Below, one piece after another: positions 49,801 to 58,890 of a stretch of DNA of 64,000 bases (positions are counted from its first letter, which is position 1; each line of letters starts with the position of its first letter). The translations under genes were made by a program, and so were the position numbers. Below the pieces are notes generated by a model, which saw only the letters and a program-made list of their open reading frames with translations, made no database searches and was not told where the DNA came from. The DNA is from Patescibacteria group bacterium (GTDB lineage: Bacteria; Patescibacteriota; Patescibacteriia; JAHIZJ01), in assembly GCA_041661625.1 (NCBI GenBank), contig JBAZUB010000002.1:28059-92058 (forward strand). Reading direction: 5' to 3'.

Positions 49801-50271
49801 GGCGCCGTAGTAACGGCGGCCGCGATAGAGCTCCGAAGTAAAAAACACTCCGGCTGATCGGATCAGCTGGGATACTACGACGCGCTCAATGCCATTGATA
49901 ATGAAGGTGCCGCGGTCAGTCATCAACGGAAAGTCGCCCAAATAGACCTCTTGTTCCTTGATTTCACCGGTTTTCTTGTTGACCAGTCGGCAATTGACCC
50001 GGAGAGCGGCCTCATAGGTCAGATTCTTGGCTTTGGCCGTATTTTCGTCGAATCTGGGCTCATCCAGGTAGTAATTCTCGAAGTATAACTCAAGATTCCG
50101 GCCAATATACTCTTGGACGGGTGAAATCTCTTCAAATAGCTCTTTTAACCCCTCACGAAAAAACCAGTCATACGACTTGCGCTGGATTTCGATCAGATTG
50201 GGTAACGATATTGCTTCGCGCAGGGGCTTAAAGTACTTGCGCTCCTGCCTTTTAGTATGCAATTGAGACAT
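46837..50271 (-). CDS. rpoB: DNA-directed RNA polymerase subunit beta
   Basis: 1144 aa; canonical beta subunit blocks (e.g. [38 protein letters not shown]). Confidence 0.97.
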   Translation of the reverse strand: [1144 protein letters not shown]

Positions 50272-50379
50272 AAAACTCCACCCTCTCCCGTGTCGCCAGC
50301 CAGGAGACGGGGTATGAATCTATAAAATTGGCTCAATTTCGCCTGAAAAACCCTATATTTACGCCTAACATGTAAATTG

Positions 50380-50408
50380 ATGATAACACAAAAAACCAAG
50401 TTGTCAAC
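50380..50408 (-). promoter_or_regulatory. Candidate rpoBC promoter on minus strand (TTGACA-17-TATCAT with upstream TG)
   Basis: Hexamers read on reverse complement ~110 nt upstream of rpoB start. Confidence 0.45.
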
Positions 50409-50532
50409 ATATACGGTTCAGGGTGTCAAAAACGTACTAAAAAAACCTAATATTAGCCAATTAGTTGAAATTTTTGGCTAACGGTAAATAAAATGAACAC
50501 TTTATTGTGCACAGTCAATAGACAAGTTATCC

Positions 50533-50578
50533 ACAGTTATTATTTAGAAAATGAAACCAGGCTCATATGTGAGCCTGG
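50533..50578 (-). terminator. Rho-independent terminator after giant gene A (ccaggctca tatg tgagcctgg + TTTCATTTTCT on minus strand)
   Basis: 9-bp stem, U-tract; 34 nt downstream of gene A stop. Confidence 0.6.
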
Positions 50579-50611
50579 AGACATATTTTCTAGCAGATAT
50601 TGCAGCAAATA

Positions 50612-53600
50612 CTAACGCAATTCGTATTTCATGTAATAGGCCGATACGATCTTCTGCTTGATCAGACGCCCCGAAAGGTTAAGACAGGGCATATATGCGT
50701 AACACGTACCCCGATATTTATCACCACTGGCGCAGATATTAACATATGTATTATCAATACAAACCTGGCTTGGCGTGTCGCTATAGGGGTAATCCGGGTC
50801 TACCAGATAGGCCGCTCCGGTGCAGGATCCATTAAGATAGTAATTGGTGCCATACGCATCAGCCGAAACCTCGGTAGAATTGGGCGGACAAATCAATCCA
50901 CCGGCTGCATATGCCAAACTGCTAGAAATGGCGGAGCCGGTATCGTACCAGAATTTAACGCCGGTTGCCGTGTTGTCTCTGGTGGTGCCGGTGGTATAGA
51001 TATAACGCCCGAGGCAGACATCGGTACCGATTTCGCAGACACTTATCGAAACCGGCTTATCGCGACCTTGAAGTATCAGGTGGTTAGGAATACCGACCTT
51101 GCCGGAAAAAGTCGCTGCCCATCCGGTGCCGTCCTGTTGAGCGTACAGGGCCGAGCCCGACGCATTATTGGCATATATGCCCAACCCATCATTAGCATTG
51201 CCCGTGTTTGATGATCCAGCATTGATAGTTAACTTGGCATTGGGTCCGGTTTGTCCAATGCCGACCTTGCCGGTTCCGGTTATGTTTAGATCGCTTCGAC
51301 CCTGTGTTCCGAGCGACAGTATTTTATTTTCGTAGGAACCCACGTAGGCTTCTCCGGTGCCCGCTATGGAAATTTCCAGCCCGTCCCCGGCCGTTTGTCC
51401 GGTGTTCGTATTTTGCAGCAGCAGTACCGTGGGTGAGGCCGTGTCTTTGTACATATTCAGGAGAGACCTAGGAGTTGTTGTGCCCACGCCAACATTACCG
51501 CCCGTGAGAATAGTGATTCGGTCTTCGTTGCCACTACCATTTGCTAAGCGCAGGTCATTGCCGGCAGTGTACACACTGGCATAACCGGCCGCCGGCTTGA
51601 ACTTCAATAAACTGCCGGTGGTGCTAAACTGTATGTTGCCGGCAACGGTAAGTTTCTCGGTCAGGGTAGCGGTGCCAATGCCTACGTTGGTTCCATTATC
51701 AAATATTTGGGAGTCGCCCAGTGTGGTGCCGGCCGTGAATTTTGGTAAATAGTTGATTGTGCCCGAACCACCAATTCCGCCGCCACCCAGGTCGTCAGTT
51801 TCGCATGTCACCGACCCGTCAGCCGCGATTGCTCTAATCGAACTGCCGGCCGCGCAATCGGAAAAATATTTGGTCGTGCCATCCAGCTTGTATATGCTGC
51901 TCGCTATCGCTAAGCCGCCGCTATTGTTCAAGCGCAGATACTCGACACCGCCCTTGTAGAATCTAATCCCCTCCTTGCCTTCGATGGTCAGCGCTTGATT
52001 TGGCGTAAGATTGCTGGCGACTCCAATTAGACCGATTCGATCAGTTGTCATGCCGCCAATGATGAGCGCGTCAGCATCAGATCGCGCGCTGACTTGGCCC
52101 GAGAAGTACCCCGCATAACCAGCCGCGTTAGTCTGCTCACCGTAGATGGCCGCGTTAGCCGAATTGTTTTTTACCGATAGTTGCGTTGAATCACCAATAT
52201 TATTATGCCCAATTGCCACCTTGTCAGTCGCCTCATTGTTGGGATTGATAGTGTTGGCGCTGGCACCGGCTTCCCAGAGGCTAGACCCTCCAGCTATGGC
52301 CCAAGAGAGATTGCCCGAGCCATCGTTCTTTAAATAGGTACCTACACCACCCTGCGCATTTGGCCAAGAGTAGGTAATGTTTCGTAATTTAATGATATTG
52401 CCCGTGGAGTCGACCTGGAACTGGTGGCTGCTGCCGACCGTGAGAAGGGAAGTGGGGGCGGTATCACCAATGCCAACATTGCCGCCGGTCAAAATAGTGA
52501 TACGGTCTTCGTTGCCATTACCATTAGCTAGGCGCAGATCAGTGCCGGTGGTATATATGCTGGCGAAACCGGCGGTCGGTTTAAATTTCAGTAAACCGCC
52601 GGTTGTACTTAGTTGAATGTTGCCTGCTATGGTAAGCTTTTCAGTCATCGTGGTGGTTCCAATGCCAACATTGCCATTCATCAAGGCGGTTCGCCCCGAG
52701 AAGTAACCGGCGAACCCCGCGGCGTTCAGCTGTTCAGCATAAATTGCCGAATTAACAGAATTATTATAGGTGGCGAAAGCGGTCAGATCACCCTCGGTTG
52801 CTTGACCTACCCGGACCTTGTCATCGATCTCGGCCGGATAAACACTGTTAACGCCATTATGCGTCCAGAGAGTGTTGATCTGCAATCGATGATTCCCGCC
52901 CCCGACATTAATTTCCTGAGTCCAGATGCCGGTGCCGTTAACTAATTCGCTGCCGAGATATTCTGGAGTAGCATCTGCCGCGCTAGTCATGACCATGAAA
53001 GTGTCAGAACCAGCCGCACCGAAATCGTCGAATTCACAGGTTACGGTGCCATCAGCCGCGATGGCTCGGATAGAATTGCCAGCCGCACAGTCCGCAAAAA
53101 ACTTGGTTGTGCCGTTCAGCTTGTACAGTCCACCCGACATAGCCAAGTCGCCGTCGATACCCAGCTCTTGATTTGGGCTGACGGTATTGATACCCATCCG
53201 GCCTCCCATAACAACGGTTTTACCAGAAAAATATCCTGCATACCCATTGGCGTTAGCTTGTTCGAAATATCCTGCGGCATTCAATGAGCCGTTCTTCACG
53301 GATAATTGCGTCGAATCACCAATATTATTGTGCCCAATTGCCACCTTGTCGGTCGTCTCGTTAATCGGATTGATCGTGTTCGCGGTCGCGCCGGCTTCCC
53401 AGAGGCTGGCGCCCGCACCCTGATCGACGCCACAGAAAAGATTGCCATTGGCGTCGACGTCGACCGTGTTATTTCCGGTGCAGCCTGTGAGGCCGGGGAT
53501 TCTGATGGTGCCATCTCCGAGTATGCGCATTCGCTCAGCAAAAGCGCCGGTGTTCGTAGTGAAGAAAATCATGTCAAAGGTGTTGGATCCGAGTTGCCGC

Positions 53601-54349
53601 TCGACCGCAATCCGGCCGTTCGAACCATCCGGCCCCCAGGGGAATCCCGCCGAACCGCCAAAGCGCCAGTCGATACCCATGGCGTTCGAACCGTTGTTAT
53701 CCAAACTATCGATGGTAAACATAGACTTGTAGCCGACCACGCTCGCTCCAACGGCCAGTGGCGCGCTGGGATTGTTTGTGCCAATGCCGACATTCCAGCT
53801 CAAGTTGGTGGGATACAGATTCGCGCCAACCTGGGTCCAAAAACCGCCACCTCCGCCACCCCCGCAACCCAACGTTCCCTCGTTGTCCGTGCTGACACCG
53901 CCGCAACCGGCACCGCCATTGATCAGATTCTGCACGGATAGTTGGCCCACATTCGCTCCAGCCTGAGAGATTTTTACTTTACCTTGCAGTTCAATGTGAT
54001 CACCTATGTCGCCGGGTGAAACATAGAGCGTGTTGGCGCCGAAGTTAATATGCGGTTTGGCCAAGTCGGCGCCATTAAACCAAAAAATACCAGTATTGTC
54101 GTACGGTATGTACAGGCTACCGGATGAAACGCTCAGGAATTCCCCCGCCACGGTCAATGAGCCATTCTTTGTTTGAGGTGAAGACGAGGTATTGATCGGC
54201 GCGGCGACATTGCCCCCCGGCGGTGCACTTTCGGGAGGAGACCAAGCCGCTAGCGCTTGGCCAACCGGTGCCGATAATGCCACGCACAAGAGCACCGGCA
54301 TGACCATTAGGTACACCAGCTTTGAGCCACGGAATAGATTTGATTTCAT
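50612..54349 (-). CDS. giant secreted repeat protein (paralog A), phage tail-fibre-like repetitive modules
   Basis: 1245 aa; signal peptide MKSNLFRGSKLVYLMVMPVLLCVALSAPVGQALA; shared N-terminal module with B and D; Gly/Asn/Thr-rich repeats. Confidence 0.8.
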   Translation of the reverse strand: MKSNLFRGSKLVYLMVMPVLLCVALSAPVGQALAAWSPPESAPPGGNVAAPINTSSSPQTKNGSLTVAGEFLSVSSGSLYIPYDNTGIFWFNGADLAKPHINFGANTLYVSPGDIGDHIELQGKVKISQAGANVGQLSVQNLINGGAGCGGVSTDNEGTLGCGGGGGGGFWTQVGANLYPTNLSWNVGIGTNNPSAPLAVGASVVGYKSMFTIDSLDNNGSNAMGIDWRFGGSAGFPWGPDGSNGRIAVERQLGSNTFDMIFFTTNTGAFAERMRILGDGTIRIPGLTGCTGNNTVDVDANGNLFCGVDQGAGASLWEAGATANTINPINETTDKVAIGHNNIGDSTQLSVKNGSLNAAGYFEQANANGYAGYFSGKTVVMGGRMGINTVSPNQELGIDGDLAMSGGLYKLNGTTKFFADCAAGNSIRAIAADGTVTCEFDDFGAAGSDTFMVMTSAADATPEYLGSELVNGTGIWTQEINVGGGNHRLQINTLWTHNGVNSVYPAEIDDKVRVGQATEGDLTAFATYNNSVNSAIYAEQLNAAGFAGYFSGRTALMNGNVGIGTTTMTEKLTIAGNIQLSTTGGLLKFKPTAGFASIYTTGTDLRLANGNGNEDRITILTGGNVGIGDTAPTSLLTVGSSHQFQVDSTGNIIKLRNITYSWPNAQGGVGTYLKNDGSGNLSWAIAGGSSLWEAGASANTINPNNEATDKVAIGHNNIGDSTQLSVKNNSANAAIYGEQTNAAGYAGYFSGQVSARSDADALIIGGMTTDRIGLIGVASNLTPNQALTIEGKEGIRFYKGGVEYLRLNNSGGLAIASSIYKLDGTTKYFSDCAAGSSIRAIAADGSVTCETDDLGGGGIGGSGTINYLPKFTAGTTLGDSQIFDNGTNVGIGTATLTEKLTVAGNIQFSTTGSLLKFKPAAGYASVYTAGNDLRLANGSGNEDRITILTGGNVGVGTTTPRSLLNMYKDTASPTVLLLQNTNTGQTAGDGLEISIAGTGEAYVGSYENKILSLGTQGRSDLNITGTGKVGIGQTGPNAKLTINAGSSNTGNANDGLGIYANNASGSALYAQQDGTGWAATFSGKVGIPNHLILQGRDKPVSISVCEIGTDVCLGRYIYTTGTTRDNTATGVKFWYDTGSAISSSLAYAAGGLICPPNSTEVSADAYGTNYYLNGSCTGAAYLVDPDYPYSDTPSQVCIDNTYVNICASGDKYRGTCYAYMPCLNLSGRLIKQKIVSAYYMKYELR

Positions 54350-54378
54350 ATGGGAGTATTTTATATTAACCGGCTGAT

Positions 54379-54387
54379 ATTATACCA
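54379..54387 (-). promoter_or_regulatory. extended -10 (TGgTATAAT) candidate promoter for gene A
   Basis: Read on reverse complement 30 nt upstream of gene A start. Confidence 0.4.
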
Positions 54388-54511
54388 TAAATAATCCCGC
54401 CGACACAATGTGGTGCATGCAGCCATAACAAACCAGACCCATAAATGGGTCTGGTTATTCTATTTCGGTTTTAGTTTATTTCTGATTGTTGGCCTGGATG
54501 AATCAGGCTGG

Positions 54512-57500
54512 TTATTTGACCTTTTGCTCCAGTCGATCGAGGCGGGCGGTGAGTTCATCGATCGTATGGCTCTGCTTATCGATAATCTGACTCTGTTCCT
54601 GGATCGCCTTGACCATTGGGGCCATCAAGTCGTTGTAACGAAGATTTCTGGTCTTTTCGGCATCGTTATCTATCAATAGCATGTTGTATTCATCGGGCGA
54701 CACGAGCTTCTCAATATCCTGGGCGATGAAGCCGAAGTCAGTCTTGCCGTTGCCGTTCTTCATATTGTACTGCACCGGGCGCAAGCTGTTTATGAAACCC
54801 AGCCCGAGCGAACTATCCTTGATGTTCTCTTTCAACCTGACATCCGAAGGGGAGGAGAATGCAACCTGGATAGTGGCCGATGAAATACTGGCGTTACCAA
54901 TCCGGACTGAATTAGATGCGCTCGTGGTCGCCCCATATCCGATATTGATGGTGTTCTCCAGTGCTCCCGAGGTTGGCCCAGATCCGCGTCCAATGCCCAC
55001 ATTGAAATTTCCGGAGGTAACATTCTCGAGCGCCAGGTAGCCAGCGGACACATTGTATCCGCCGGATACATTGTTGAGCTGACTTCGAGTTCCGATCGCG
55101 ACGTTACCGGCGGCCGTCGTAAGGGCTGTTAGAGCTGATCTACCCACAGCTACGTTGGATGAACTAGTGGTAGATTTCAGTGCTTGAAAGCCAACCGCCG
55201 TGTTTTCGAATGTGTTGGTAATACTAGACAGGGCCTGATAACCGATGGCGGTTTGCTGCGTAGCAGTCGTAATGCTAGCGCCAGCGCCGTTGCCAAATAT
55301 AGTGTTACCATCAACATTGCCCGAACCGCGCCCAGCCCGCAGACCATTGATTGTGATATCACCGTCGAAATATCCGGCCCACTCACCTGCGCCGGTGTTC
55401 CCGCCTACCGAGCCATAGACGCCCGCGCAGGTGCCGGTGCAATTCGACCCCGCCACTAATTCGCCATAGACACCGCTGCCATTTACTCCGGAACCACTGT
55501 TGCCTTTGTAGCCGGATACTGCGTTGTAGTTCGAACTGGAATTGTTATAGGCTGAAACGGTGTTATTTACTGTGTAACCACTCGCGCCGGTTGCGGAAAC
55601 GGTTAACAACGACGCGGGACTAGTGTTGCCGATACCGACCTGACCACCGTTCAACATATACATCACATTGGTCGAAGAGTTATTCCGGATATTCCATCCA
55701 CCGCTGCCGAAATTGGTATACATGACATTATCAGTCCAGCGCGGCCACATCCAGGCATTCCATGCGCCGGCGCTGTCTTTGGCTTCCATAATTTGTCCAT
55801 TGCCTTGCCCGATCGTGCCGTTAACATGAAGAGTCCGCTCGGGAGTTATAGTATTAATGCCAACATTGCCGCCGGTTAAAATGGTAATACGGTCTTCGTT
55901 GCCACTGCCGTTAGCCAGTCGCAGGTCGGTGCCGGCGGTATATATACTGGCAAAACCGGCGGTTGGTTTTAGTTTCAGCTGGCCTCCCGCCGTGCTTAGT
56001 TGAACATTGCCCGCGATCGTAAGTTTTTCGGTAGGTGTTGTCATGCCGATGCCGACGCTACCCGCCCCAGTGATGCTTAGATCGTTTCGGCCCTGGGTGC
56101 CGAGAGATAAAGATCTATTTTCATATGAACCAACATAGGCGTCGCCCAACGCTGCGACCGAAACTTCCAGACCATCACCGTTGGTATTGCCAGTGGTCGC
56201 GTTTTGCACTAATAGAACCGAGCTCCCTCCAATTGGGTTATATAAATCCAGCCGGGAGGCAGGTGTGCTTGTGCCGATACCGACATTACCGGACGTATCA
56301 ACAAACAAGCCTTCATTACCGCCATCATTCGAAACCCAATAGCCGCTCATTCTTAAGTTGGCTCTGGCAATATGATCGCCCAGGTTATCTCCCACGGCTC
56401 CGCCATCGTCAGTCTCGCAAGTCACAGTACCGTCAGCAGCGATAGTTTTGATCGACAGATTTGCACCGCTGCAGGTATCGGCAAAAAACTTTGTTGCGCC
56501 GTCCAGTTTATAGATGCCGCCGGACATTGCCAGGTCGCCACTTAGTCCAAGTTCCTGGTTCGGTGTGGCGGTGCCAACGCCGAGGCGGCCGCCCATTACC
56601 ACGGTTTTGCCTGATAGGTAAGCGGCATATCCCGCGGCATTGGCTTGTTCAAAGTAGGCCGCGGAGTTAGCTGAATTATTTTTTACCGACAACTGGGTTA
56701 AATCGCCGATGTTGTTATGCCCAATCGCCACCTTATCCGTCGCCTCGTTTATCGGATTGATCGTGTTCGCGCTCGCGCCTACCTCCCACAAATTGGAACC
56801 GCCGGCGGGCAACCAGGTTAAATTGCCCGAGCCGTTATTGGTGAGCACAGTACCGGCTCCGCCTTGGCCAACAGGCCAAGAGTAGGTTACGTTTCTAATT
56901 CGGATGGGATTGCCATTAGAATCAACTTGAAACAGGTCGCCGCTACCGACCGTCAAAAGGGAGGCGGGGGTGGTATCGCTAATGCCAACATTGCCACCGG
57001 TTAAAATGGTAATACGGTCTTCGTTGCCATTGCCGTTAGCCAGCCGCAGGTCGGAACCAGTGGTATACAAACTGGCAAAACCAGCTGACGGTTTTAATTT
57101 CAACAAACTACCAACCGTACTGAACTGAATGTTACCAGCAATCGTTAGTTTTTCAGTCAGGGTAGTGGTCCCAATGCCGACATCGCCGTCCATCATCGCG
57201 GTTTTACCGGAAAAATAGGCGGCATAACCGGAGGCGTAGGCCTGCTCAAAGTAGGCCGCTGAGTTAACTGAACTATTTTTTACTGACAACTGCGTTGAAT
57301 CGCCGATAACATTGTGTCCAATGGCCACCTTATCGCTGGCTTCATTTACTGGATTGATCGTATTCGCGGTCACACCGACTTCCCAGAGACCACTGCCACC
57401 CGAGGACGCGATTTGGATCTGTTCATTGCCGCCGGCATTTAGTTTTGTCAGAGTAATATTCGAACCGGCCGATAATTTATCCTGGAGGTAACTAGCGATC

Positions 57501-58756
57501 GAATCCGTGGCCGATGCCTTAACCAATTCATCGGTACCGCCCAGGCCACCCGTTAGGTCAGTGGCGCAGATTAACTGCCCGTTGTTGTCCGCTTTTACCG
57601 TGTTGGCGCCAAGACAAGCGCCGCCAGCCAAGCTAGCTATTCGGGCGCTGCCCACGACGTCGAGTTGATAACTTGGATCGGTCGTTCCAATGCCGACGAA
57701 ACCGCCGAAGATAGAGAAGTCATAATTGTTCGACAGTATTAAGTCAAAATGTCGCGGGCTGTTTTTTGATCCCAAGCCAAGCTTGGCTGCGGTTAGGCCA
57801 TTGTTTAGCCACCAAATATATGGATTTTCGGCTATCGTCGGGTTTTCTTCATTAAGCATCAGCGTGTTTTGGTCGAAAGTCAGCGTGCCCCAGTTTGTGT
57901 CCCAAGGTTTGTTTTCAGAGACTCTGAAACCACCAGAAAAGTAGCCGGCATAACCGAATTGGCTATTCTGTTCTGCGTAGATGGTCGAATTGATGGAATT
58001 ATTAATAACCGACAACTGGGTGGAATCACCGATATTATTGTGCCCAATGGCCACCTTATCGGTCGTCTCGTTTATCGGGTTGATCGTGTTGGCACTCGCG
58101 CCAGCTTCCCACAGGCTAGAGCCACCACCCGAAGCGGCGATCTGAATCTGCTCGTTACCGCCCGGATTTATGGTGGTTAAAGTTACGTTCGCGCCGGCCG
58201 ACAATTTATTAATCAGATAATCCGCCGTCGTATCGAGGTTGGATATTTTTACCAATTTATCATCGCCGCCTGGTCCGACGCCCACCTCATCTGTCGTACA
58301 TACCAGTTTGCCAGCCAGGTCGGTTTTTAGAGTATTTACACCCGTGCATCCAGCCACATTCGGGAATGTTAGATCGCCCTGTAGTTCAATATGATTGTTA
58401 ATCAAGTCACCCGGAGAAATATATAGCGTATTGGTTAGAAAATTTATATGCGGTTGTTCCAAATGGGGCAGGTCGGTCTCGTCGGACCAAAAAATACCCT
58501 TTTCACTACCCGGAATGTACAAATCCCCAGTTGCTAATTTCAGAAAATTGCCGGCCACGGTCAGATCGCCCTGCTTGGTCTGGGGTGTGGCTGATGTATT
58601 GATCGGCGCGGCTACGTTGCCTCCCGGCGGGATGGTTGTCGGGACGGTCCAGGACGCGAACGCCTGCCCGGCAAGTGTAAATAGTGCCACGCATAATAAC
58701 ACCGGCATAGCCACTGGGTACATCAGCTTGAAGCCTCTAAATAGGTTGGGTTTCAT
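54512..58756 (-). CDS. giant secreted repeat protein (paralog B) with C-terminal intramolecular-chaperone (peptidase S74-like) domain of phage tailspike/tail-fibre proteins
   Basis: 1414 aa; signal peptide; C-terminus SSPSDVRLKENIKDS...GFIAQDIEKLVSPDEYN...coiled coil ELTARLDRLEQKVK. Confidence 0.8.
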   Translation of the reverse strand: MKPNLFRGFKLMYPVAMPVLLCVALFTLAGQAFASWTVPTTIPPGGNVAAPINTSATPQTKQGDLTVAGNFLKLATGDLYIPGSEKGIFWSDETDLPHLEQPHINFLTNTLYISPGDLINNHIELQGDLTFPNVAGCTGVNTLKTDLAGKLVCTTDEVGVGPGGDDKLVKISNLDTTADYLINKLSAGANVTLTTINPGGNEQIQIAASGGGSSLWEAGASANTINPINETTDKVAIGHNNIGDSTQLSVINNSINSTIYAEQNSQFGYAGYFSGGFRVSENKPWDTNWGTLTFDQNTLMLNEENPTIAENPYIWWLNNGLTAAKLGLGSKNSPRHFDLILSNNYDFSIFGGFVGIGTTDPSYQLDVVGSARIASLAGGACLGANTVKADNNGQLICATDLTGGLGGTDELVKASATDSIASYLQDKLSAGSNITLTKLNAGGNEQIQIASSGGSGLWEVGVTANTINPVNEASDKVAIGHNVIGDSTQLSVKNSSVNSAAYFEQAYASGYAAYFSGKTAMMDGDVGIGTTTLTEKLTIAGNIQFSTVGSLLKLKPSAGFASLYTTGSDLRLANGNGNEDRITILTGGNVGISDTTPASLLTVGSGDLFQVDSNGNPIRIRNVTYSWPVGQGGAGTVLTNNGSGNLTWLPAGGSNLWEVGASANTINPINEATDKVAIGHNNIGDLTQLSVKNNSANSAAYFEQANAAGYAAYLSGKTVVMGGRLGVGTATPNQELGLSGDLAMSGGIYKLDGATKFFADTCSGANLSIKTIAADGTVTCETDDGGAVGDNLGDHIARANLRMSGYWVSNDGGNEGLFVDTSGNVGIGTSTPASRLDLYNPIGGSSVLLVQNATTGNTNGDGLEVSVAALGDAYVGSYENRSLSLGTQGRNDLSITGAGSVGIGMTTPTEKLTIAGNVQLSTAGGQLKLKPTAGFASIYTAGTDLRLANGSGNEDRITILTGGNVGINTITPERTLHVNGTIGQGNGQIMEAKDSAGAWNAWMWPRWTDNVMYTNFGSGGWNIRNNSSTNVMYMLNGGQVGIGNTSPASLLTVSATGASGYTVNNTVSAYNNSSSNYNAVSGYKGNSGSGVNGSGVYGELVAGSNCTGTCAGVYGSVGGNTGAGEWAGYFDGDITINGLRAGRGSGNVDGNTIFGNGAGASITTATQQTAIGYQALSSITNTFENTAVGFQALKSTTSSSNVAVGRSALTALTTAAGNVAIGTRSQLNNVSGGYNVSAGYLALENVTSGNFNVGIGRGSGPTSGALENTINIGYGATTSASNSVRIGNASISSATIQVAFSSPSDVRLKENIKDSSLGLGFINSLRPVQYNMKNGNGKTDFGFIAQDIEKLVSPDEYNMLLIDNDAEKTRNLRYNDLMAPMVKAIQEQSQIIDKQSHTIDELTARLDRLEQKVK

Positions 58757-58785
58757 ATGTAAAATATTTTATATAAACCAACTTT

Positions 58786-58814
58786 ATTATACTAAGATTG
58801 ATATAATGAAGCAA
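58786..58814 (-). promoter_or_regulatory. Candidate promoter for gene B (TTGCTT-17-TATAAT on minus strand)
   Basis: Hexamers read on reverse complement 30 nt upstream of gene B start. Confidence 0.45.
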
Positions 58815-58890
58815 GGCGCAAAGAAACAGCGACCACAATCCGATCGCCGTTTCTTTCGTTACTATTCTGTTTGCTATCTAGGTCGATCCA

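Noticed and set aside
43029-50000. Numerous 60-160-aa ORFs antisense or out of frame within rpoB, rpoC and the giant genes
   Set aside because: They are fully nested in strongly supported long genes, which is typical spurious overlap.
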